Part shown: positions 57,630 to 64,000 of the stretch, in pieces | Position numbering within the stretch: the first letter of the stretch is position 1 | How the letters are laid out: every line of letters starts with the position of its first letter | NCBI GenBank assembly: GCA_018303405.1 | Contig: JAGVYD010000009.1 | Span: forward strand, 64,856-128,855 | Source of the DNA: Candidatus Woesearchaeota archaeon | Lineage (GTDB): Archaea; Nanobdellota; Nanobdellia; Woesearchaeales; JABMPP01 | DNA length: 64,000 nt | Reading direction: 5' to 3' | Translations under genes and position numbers: made by a program | Notes under the pieces: generated by a model | Told to the model about the DNA's origin: nothing | What the model saw: only the letters and a program-made list of their open reading frames with translations | The model's database searches: none

Positions 57630-58385
57630 ATGAAAAAATCAGTTTATTTCAAAAGCAGAGGGATAAAAGTCAGTGCTGTTCTGAGCAAGCCAAAAAATAT
57701 GATGCTTAATGATTTTGCCATTGTTTTTTGCCATGGGCTTTCCAGCAATAAAGATGGCAGCACAATCCGTGGATTAAGCAGAATGCTTAACAGAAAAGGC
57801 ATCTGCACTTTTGCCTTTGATTTTTCCGGGCACGGTAAAAGCATGGGCAAGTTCAGCGAGATCACGCATGACACGGCATTGCAAAACCTGGCTGATGCAA
57901 TTGCCTGGCTTAGAAAAAATGGATTCAAAAGATTCGGGATTTATGGCTCAAGCTTTGGCGGAGCGGTTGCAGTTGATTTTGAATCAGGGGAAAATGCGTC
58001 GAATTTTCTGGTATTGAAATGCCCATTATCAGAATATGGCAAACATATGCTAAAATCATTCAAGACCAGCAAGGCAGCATGGGAAAGAAAAAAATCCATC
58101 AAGACAGGATTTGGCACAATTGATTTTGCATTCTTCAAAAACGGCGCGAAACACAATCTATACTTGCGCGCAAACAAAATCAGAGTCCCGGCATTGATTG
58201 TACATGGCGACAAAGACGCAACGGTGCCCATTTCACACGCAAAAAAACTTTTCTCAAGCCTGGATGGAGAAAAAATGATGGTAACCATAACAGGGGCAGA
58301 CCATGAGTTCAGCGGAAAAAAGAGGAAAAAGGACATGATGATGGCAATCTATAACTTCATCATCCATTCACTGCCCAAACATTGA
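57630..58385 (+). CDS. Alpha/beta hydrolase
   Basis: CHG, FDFSGHG, GSSFG, HGDKD, GADH. Confidence 0.9.
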   Translation: MKKSVYFKSRGIKVSAVLSKPKNMMLNDFAIVFCHGLSSNKDGSTIRGLSRMLNRKGICTFAFDFSGHGKSMGKFSEITHDTALQNLADAIAWLRKNGFKRFGIYGSSFGGAVAVDFESGENASNFLVLKCPLSEYGKHMLKSFKTSKAAWERKKSIKTGFGTIDFAFFKNGAKHNLYLRANKIRVPALIVHGDKDATVPISHAKKLFSSLDGEKMMVTITGADHEFSGKKRKKDMMMAIYNFIIHSLPKH

Positions 58386-59384
58386 TTTAATCACAATTGT
58401 TGCATAGCTTCCTTTTGGCAGGGAGAATGAAACCGTGCATTTTTTCTTCCCGGTGTTCAAATCGTCGTCTTCTAAATCTGAAATAGTGAGATTTTGGACA
58501 TCGACAAATGCCTTGCGCAAATGGCCCTCGCTGCTCAGGCCAGGCAATTCGCGTATGATAAAATCACGCTGCCTAATTCCATACTTTGATAATAGCTCAT
58601 TCAATTTATGCATTAGAGATTCTTCATTTATTTCAGTGCCAAACCCCACCAAGGGAAGCTCTTGCTCGCTGCTTTTATTTTCCGGAAAACAAAATTCCAT
58701 ACCATTGTCGATAAATTCCCTGTATTTCCCCTTGCCTGATTTTATACAAGAGCATAAAAGCTCATTGAAAATTTTGCTTTGGACACTGTGGACAAAAATC
58801 ATCAAAAGCCTTTTATCAAGAGTGCGTATTTGCCTTATTGGATCTGAGTGCCCATGCATTGTATCGACATCATGTTTTTGCAGTTGCTTTGTAGCTGTTA
58901 AAAGGCTTAATGCATCATTCCATTTCTTCTGTATTATTGATATCCCGATTTGAAAATTAGCAGTTGAAAATCTCTGCGTATCAAAATAATTTGGAATGAA
59001 AGAAATTTTGTTGTGGATGGCATTTGCGTCAAGGTTTCGAACCACTATCTCAAAATTATTTCCTGAATTATCACCCAGATTAATCCGCTCATGGCCTCTG
59101 CCAAGATATTTAAGAGACAGGTTGCCAAGCTCAACAGGCTGTTTTTGGATTATTCCTTGGATAGAGATTACTTGCTGAGTCTGCGCCCTTTTATCCTTGT
59201 TGCCGGCATAGCCAAACTTTTTCTTCTCGATGCCGAAATGCCTCGCGAGCCGGGATATGGCCTCGCCTGTGGATACCCCTTCCTTTTCAAGGAGATAATA
59301 TGAATAAGTGCCATTATCCCCGAAGTCCGGCTTGAGGTCCTCTAGTACCCTGAAATCAGCATTAACCTGCTTTATTTTGTACAT
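58368..59384 (-). CDS. truD: tRNA pseudouridine(13) synthase TruD
   Basis: DFRVLE, YAGNKDKRA.T.Q, GNNF, NYFDTQRF, FSLPKGSYAT. Confidence 0.94.
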   Translation of the reverse strand: MYKIKQVNADFRVLEDLKPDFGDNGTYSYYLLEKEGVSTGEAISRLARHFGIEKKKFGYAGNKDKRAQTQQVISIQGIIQKQPVELGNLSLKYLGRGHERINLGDNSGNNFEIVVRNLDANAIHNKISFIPNYFDTQRFSTANFQIGISIIQKKWNDALSLLTATKQLQKHDVDTMHGHSDPIRQIRTLDKRLLMIFVHSVQSKIFNELLCSCIKSGKGKYREFIDNGMEFCFPENKSSEQELPLVGFGTEINEESLMHKLNELLSKYGIRQRDFIIRELPGLSSEGHLRKAFVDVQNLTISDLEDDDLNTGKKKCTVSFSLPKGSYATIVIKSMFGQ

Positions 59385-59516
59385 ATCGGCTAGAAATGGG
59401 AAAGATTTTAAAGCGTTTGCCCGCATATTGTTCCAGTGCATAATGGAGAACAGTGGTTCGGAGGGCCAAATGCAATGAGCGCCTCCTTAAGTGCGGTATC
59501 AAATGACACTCCATTT

Positions 59517-59634
59517 GCGCCCGTAGCGCAGCCTGGAAGCGCGATAGCCTCCTATTTGGTCTGACGCCCTAACACTTTTTGGGCGTCCCCAAAAAGTAAG
59601 CTATAGGTCCGGGGTTCGAATCCCCGCGGGCGCG
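59517..59634 (+). tRNA. tRNA-Arg(CCT) with a 44-nt intron at 37/38 (59555-59598)
   Basis: Acceptor GCGCCCG/CGGGCGC, D loop with A20, anticodon stem ATAGC/GCTAT, T loop TTCGAAT. Confidence 0.9.
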
Positions 59635-59737
59635 TTTTAATTTCGCTGTAAAGTGAAACTTATGTAAGACGAAATTATGCGCGAAAAGCGGGAAACGAAC
59701 GGAGCAAAGCGAAGTGACTATTCCCGCGGGCGCGTTT
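59623..59737 (+). repeat. Direct repeat of the tRNA-Arg 3' end
   Basis: CCCGCGGGCGCGTTT at 59623-59637 and 59723-59737. Confidence 0.85.
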
Positions 59738-59768
59738 AAAGCACATAAGCAAATGGACATAGATCATT

Positions 59769-60878
59769 ATGCTAAGCCTAATCCATATCCCGGAAGGGTA
59801 CAGGATGTTTCGCCGTGCGGGAAGAATCAGGCGTGACGGCTACATGAAATATCCCGGCAGTGCGGCTGAGATCTGCCTGCAGATAATCGAGCACTGCTGG
59901 AACAGGGAAAAGAAATATTTCCAGGTGAGCAGGGGCAATTATCCTGAATTCTATTGCAGGGATTTTGGCATATGCACTGAGGCGCTTATCAGGCTAGGCC
60001 AGAAAAACAAGGTTGCCATGACATTGGAATATGCGCTGGATACCTTCGCAAGGCATGGCAAAATCACACAAATCATTTCGCCAAATGGCAAGCCCTTTGA
60101 ATTTCCGAGCTTTTCATCAGACGCTTTGCCTTTTCTGCTCCGCAGCCTTAACCTTGCGGGTGCCAGGGATTTAATCATGAAACACAAGGATTTTCTGAAT
60201 AAGGAGATAATGAAATATTATAAAAGGGTTTATGACCCCAAAACAGGGCTTGTCAAGCCTGACCGGAACATCAGCGGCATGAAAGACTATGCCCTGAGGG
60301 TCTCCCCGTGCTACCACAACTGCATGATGGCCATGCTCGCCGGTGAAATTGGCAAGGCAAAGCTCAATAACCCATTCAGGGGGATGAATTTCAAGAAAAG
60401 GATTAAGGACAATTTCTGGAAAAAGACGCATTTCATAGATGACCTGTCAGGCAACAATGCAATAACTGGCGATGCAAATGTGTTCCCGTTCTGGTGCGGC
60501 ATTTTTACAGAGAAAAAGATGCTTAAGAGTGTCATCCAGACAATGCGCAGGAATGAGCTGGATTATCCAGTTCCTCTTCGCTATTTTCATAAGAAAACAA
60601 GGGAACATGACATGATCTGGCAAAATATTTTTGCAGGGGATTGGGAGCATGATGCCTGCTGGCTCCATCTTGGGATGTGCTATCTTGATATTGTCAAAGA
60701 AGGCGATTCAAAGATGTATGCCTTTTATCTGGACAAAGTTAGCGGGATAGTGGAGCATTATCAGAATTTCTATGAGGTTTTGGAGCCTAATGGCAAGCCT
60801 TTGATGGGCAGATTTTATTGCTCAGATGATGGGATGCTGTGGAGCTCAATGCTGCTGAGGCACCTGGTGGGAGCATGA
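59769..60878 (+). CDS. Six-hairpin glycoside hydrolase-like protein
   Basis: FYCRDFG motif, helical fold pattern, C-terminal FYE...MLWS. Confidence 0.62.
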   Translation: MLSLIHIPEGYRMFRRAGRIRRDGYMKYPGSAAEICLQIIEHCWNREKKYFQVSRGNYPEFYCRDFGICTEALIRLGQKNKVAMTLEYALDTFARHGKITQIISPNGKPFEFPSFSSDALPFLLRSLNLAGARDLIMKHKDFLNKEIMKYYKRVYDPKTGLVKPDRNISGMKDYALRVSPCYHNCMMAMLAGEIGKAKLNNPFRGMNFKKRIKDNFWKKTHFIDDLSGNNAITGDANVFPFWCGIFTEKKMLKSVIQTMRRNELDYPVPLRYFHKKTREHDMIWQNIFAGDWEHDACWLHLGMCYLDIVKEGDSKMYAFYLDKVSGIVEHYQNFYEVLEPNGKPLMGRFYCSDDGMLWSSMLLRHLVGA

Positions 60879-61654
60879 AGCTTAAAAGCATAACCAGCTT
60901 TGACGGGACAAAGATTAGCTATGCATTCAACAAGCCGGTGAAGAATAGCAGAAAATTCCTGGTATTCCTGCACGGCGACGCGAGCAATTATACTGTGTAT
61001 AAACCATTCCTTTCAAAGTATAGGGAACTGAACTGGATTGCGCTGAATATCAGGAATCATGGTGGGTCAGGGAGGGGCAGCATTAGTATTGGAAATATGG
61101 TCGAGGACCTCCATATTGTCTTGAAGCATGAAAATGCCCAGGAAAGCGTGCTGATTGGCAATTGCCTCGGGGCTGCAATTGCAGTTGAATTCACCAATAG
61201 GTATAAAGGAATGGCACATTCCCTGATACTTATTACGCCATTTTCTTCCGAGACTGTCAGGCTGCCATGGCTGTTCAGCGTCTTATCGTCATACATGCTT
61301 ATTTTCATCAGGCCATTTTCCAAGAAAAACCGGGCATTGAGGCTAAACGACTTCCACAAATACAAAAATAAGCCATTCTGGTATAGGCCGAGCCTTGACA
61401 TCAGGGGGACATCCTTGACAAACGGCTTTACAGTAATAAAGCTCTTGATAAACACAAAAATGAATCTGGAAAAGATCAAAAAAAAGGTCCTGATAATACT
61501 TTGCGAAAAGGATATTTTCATAAGGAAGAGCGCTGTTTACAACATCGCCGAGCAGAATGACCTCATCAGGGTCAAGATAATACGGTCAGGCCACAATCCG
61601 CTGACACAAAATCCCAGAGAGCTCTTAAGAGCCTGCAAGGCGGCAATTGGATGA
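60875..61654 (+). CDS. Alpha/beta hydrolase with a GxCxG elbow
   Basis: FDGTKISY, FLHG, RNHGGS, IGNCLG, SGH; start overlaps the upstream stop. Confidence 0.82.
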   Translation: MKLKSITSFDGTKISYAFNKPVKNSRKFLVFLHGDASNYTVYKPFLSKYRELNWIALNIRNHGGSGRGSISIGNMVEDLHIVLKHENAQESVLIGNCLGAAIAVEFTNRYKGMAHSLILITPFSSETVRLPWLFSVLSSYMLIFIRPFSKKNRALRLNDFHKYKNKPFWYRPSLDIRGTSLTNGFTVIKLLINTKMNLEKIKKKVLIILCEKDIFIRKSAVYNIAEQNDLIRVKIIRSGHNPLTQNPRELLRACKAAIG

Positions 61655-61673
61655 ATGGGACAATGGGATAAAG

Positions 61674-62387
61674 ATGATAAGCATAATAATACCGGCGCAT
61701 AATGAGGAAATGTATATTGACGGGATTCTTTCAGACCTCAAGAGGCAAAGGCACAAGGATTTCGAGGTGATTGTCTCCGACGACTTCTCAGAAGATAGGA
61801 CGGCGGCCTTGGCAAGAAAATCCGGGCTTAAAGGGATAAGGGTGATTGAGCACAAGAGCAGGAATGCCTCGGCTGCAAGGAATATTGGAGCAGGAGCTGC
61901 AAAAGGGGAAATCCTTGCTTTCATAGATGCTGACACCAGGATTTATGACACACATTTTATCGAAAAGATAGAGGAAGCATTCAAGGAAAACGGCGCCGGA
62001 GCCTGCTCAGTGAAGATAATGGTCAAGCCAGGCGAAGCTATTTGGCTCGACAATGTGATGCAGGGATTCTTCAATTTCAACGTCTGGTTTTCAAATAAAA
62101 TTGGGCTTTGGGGATCCAGGGGGGAATGCCAGATAGTGAGAAAGGACCTGTTCATAAAAGCAGGCGGCTATGTTCCCGAGATATACGTGGCTGAAGATGT
62201 AGAACTTTTCAAGCGACTCATGAGATTTACAAAACTGACATACCTCAACAATATTACAGTCTATGAATCTGCCAGACGCTACAGGAAGGAGGGATATTTC
62301 CTTACAACAATTAGGTACTGCTACAATGGCCTGTATGCATTTGTATTCAAGAAGTCCATATCAAGGCAGTGGAAGCCAATACGATAA
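61674..62387 (+). CDS. GT2 glycosyltransferase
   Basis: ISIIIPAHNEE, ARNIGA, FIDADT, AED, SARR. Confidence 0.92.
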   Translation: MISIIIPAHNEEMYIDGILSDLKRQRHKDFEVIVSDDFSEDRTAALARKSGLKGIRVIEHKSRNASAARNIGAGAAKGEILAFIDADTRIYDTHFIEKIEEAFKENGAGACSVKIMVKPGEAIWLDNVMQGFFNFNVWFSNKIGLWGSRGECQIVRKDLFIKAGGYVPEIYVAEDVELFKRLMRFTKLTYLNNITVYESARRYRKEGYFLTTIRYCYNGLYAFVFKKSISRQWKPIR

Positions 62388-62429
62388 TTACCAGCTGTGC
62401 GGCATAAGAGGGCTTGAATTCATGATGCA

Positions 62430-63641
62430 TCAATGCTTTATGGGCGCCAGGCCCAGATAGACTTTTTCAAGTTTTTCAACGCATTTTTTCAGATTGTGCT
62501 TGAGCGCCTCTTGCCTGGCTGCTTTTGATGCTTTTGCGTAAAGCCCTGACGAGCAGAGAAGCCTGACTGCATACTGCGCCATTTCCTGCGCATAATTTTG
62601 CCTTGCCACATATCCATTTATGCCATGATGAATCACGTCCGGCACGGCAAACCTGTCAACCCCTATGCATGGCAAACCACAGGACATTGCCTCAATTAAG
62701 ACCAGCCCCTGGGTTTCCATCGGGCTAGCTGTCATGAAAATATCGCTCTGCCTGTAGTAGCCACCCAGCATTTCCTGTTTCATAAACGCGATAAAGCTGA
62801 CATTTTTTGAAAGCCCCAGCTTTTCAGACAGGATTTTGATTGAGCCCAGTGCGGGCCCTTGCCCGATTATTGTCAGGTGTGCGTCAGGAACAGATTTTAT
62901 GACATGGCTGAACGCAAAAATCACCAGATCAACCCTTTTCTCATAGCTAACTCGTCCAACGTAGAGTATTTTTCGTGGCTTTTTTGGAAATTTTCTTTTA
63001 TTTGCAAAGATTTCCACCTTTATCCCATTAGAAATCGGCAAAATTGGCTTTTTCAGACCCCTGCTTTCCAATTCGCCTTTTATTGATGGCGAAGGAGTGA
63101 CTACCAAGTTGCACTTGTTATAAAGCCGGATTGTTGTCCTCCAAATCGTGCGTTTCATGAAACCGTCTTTTTTCGGCGGCAATGTCTGGCTCATTTTATG
63201 AGGGATGATATTTTCAATCAGTCCGTTGATGCCGAAAAGGTTCAGGGGGGAAAGGTATTTTACAAATTCCGATGCAAGGGTGTGGTATGTGCCGACCAAA
63301 GGGAGCCCCAGTTTTTTTGCTATCCTGGCGCCCAGATAGCCAAGTGTTGAATAGGTCTCAATATGGATGATGTCTGGCTTGAACGACCTGACTGATTGCA
63401 GGCATTTCCCATAAAGTGGAAAAACAAACCTAAAACTCCTGTAAGTAGGCATGCTAACTGAAAATATTCTTTGAACGGTAACATTCTTGGCAAGATTCAT
63501 TTCCTTTGATAATCCGTAGTCTGGCGCCACAATTAGGATTTCATGCCCCTTTCTTGCCAGTATTTCAACGCAATTCGCGATTGCTATTGATACACCATCG
63601 ACATTCGGATAGAAGGTGTCTGTGAATATGGCGATCCTCAT
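62430..63641 (-). CDS. GT4 glycosyltransferase
   Basis: MRIAIFTDTFYP..DGV, TYHT, YVGR..EK, ETQGLVLIEAM. Confidence 0.93.
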   Translation of the reverse strand: MRIAIFTDTFYPNVDGVSIAIANCVEILARKGHEILIVAPDYGLSKEMNLAKNVTVQRIFSVSMPTYRSFRFVFPLYGKCLQSVRSFKPDIIHIETYSTLGYLGARIAKKLGLPLVGTYHTLASEFVKYLSPLNLFGINGLIENIIPHKMSQTLPPKKDGFMKRTIWRTTIRLYNKCNLVVTPSPSIKGELESRGLKKPILPISNGIKVEIFANKRKFPKKPRKILYVGRVSYEKRVDLVIFAFSHVIKSVPDAHLTIIGQGPALGSIKILSEKLGLSKNVSFIAFMKQEMLGGYYRQSDIFMTASPMETQGLVLIEAMSCGLPCIGVDRFAVPDVIHHGINGYVARQNYAQEMAQYAVRLLCSSGLYAKASKAARQEALKHNLKKCVEKLEKVYLGLAPIKH

Positions 63642-63838
63642 AGTCCATTATTTGATAATCCTGTTTAAATATTTTTGCGAGGGTTTATAAAGTAACATAT
63701 TATAACTGGATAATAGTCAAAAATTGGGGAATGGTGCATGTGATATTCAAATGATATGTCATTGAGGAAAAATAAATTACGAAAAATAAGCTATGGCGCG
63801 TTTTGAAAAATTGATACTGGGCAACAGGAAGGAATCAC

Positions 63839-64000
63839 ATGGAAAAAAGCAAACTCAACATGCAGAACCAGTTGATTTTTGCGAACATCATTTTTGGTGC
63901 GATCCTTGTGATGAGCTTTGTTGCCATACTCAACATCAAAAATTCGTTGGGAATAGCGATGTTCACCGCTGCCATGATCACGCTTTTTTATTTTTGGTGG
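63839..64000 (+). CDS. Membrane protein, partial at the window edge
   Basis: MEKSKLNMQNQLIFANIIFGAILVMSFVAIL... stays open to the end. Confidence 0.45.
   Translation, partial: MEKSKLNMQNQLIFANIIFGAILVMSFVAILNIKNSLGIAMFTAAMITLFYFWW

Noticed and set aside
1..64000. CRISPR array, cas genes, integrase or transposase
   Set aside because: No regularly spaced 25-40 bp repeats and no ORF with these motifs.

Overview
Small-genome archaeal chromosome segment, most consistent with a DPANN lineage (Woesearchaeota-like). Support: aMBF1, RadB, archaeal uS2, HerA/Mre11, translin, FtsZ2, an intron-containing tRNA and TATA/BRE promoters. The lineage call is inferred from gene repertoire, not from a search. 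Contents are housekeeping genes (glyS, asnS, aspS, truD, ychF, two adenylate kinases, two tRNAs), a liv ABC operon, an ~11 kb surface-glycan cluster and a small AT-rich foreign patch. No CRISPR array, integrase or transposase was seen. Strongest unexplained signals: (1) a coiled-coil/winged-helix gene with helically phased GGACA repeats inside its coding sequence and a mirrored array just after its stop, next to a repeat-rich 600 bp intergenic region (candidate non-canonical initiator/origin or autoregulatory module); (2) a peptidoglycan amidase with an internal twin-arginine signal in an archaeon; (3) two related palindromic MITE-like elements, each next to a BRE/TATA promoter; (4) AglB-like paralogs lacking WWDYG, a GT-C/deacetylase fusion and a processive GT2 in one operon; (5) a structured uS2 leader, an unannotated Cys-rich 30-aa peptide and a homopolymer frameshift in livF. 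All function calls come from motif recognition by eye. Several starts were refined relative to the ORF track.
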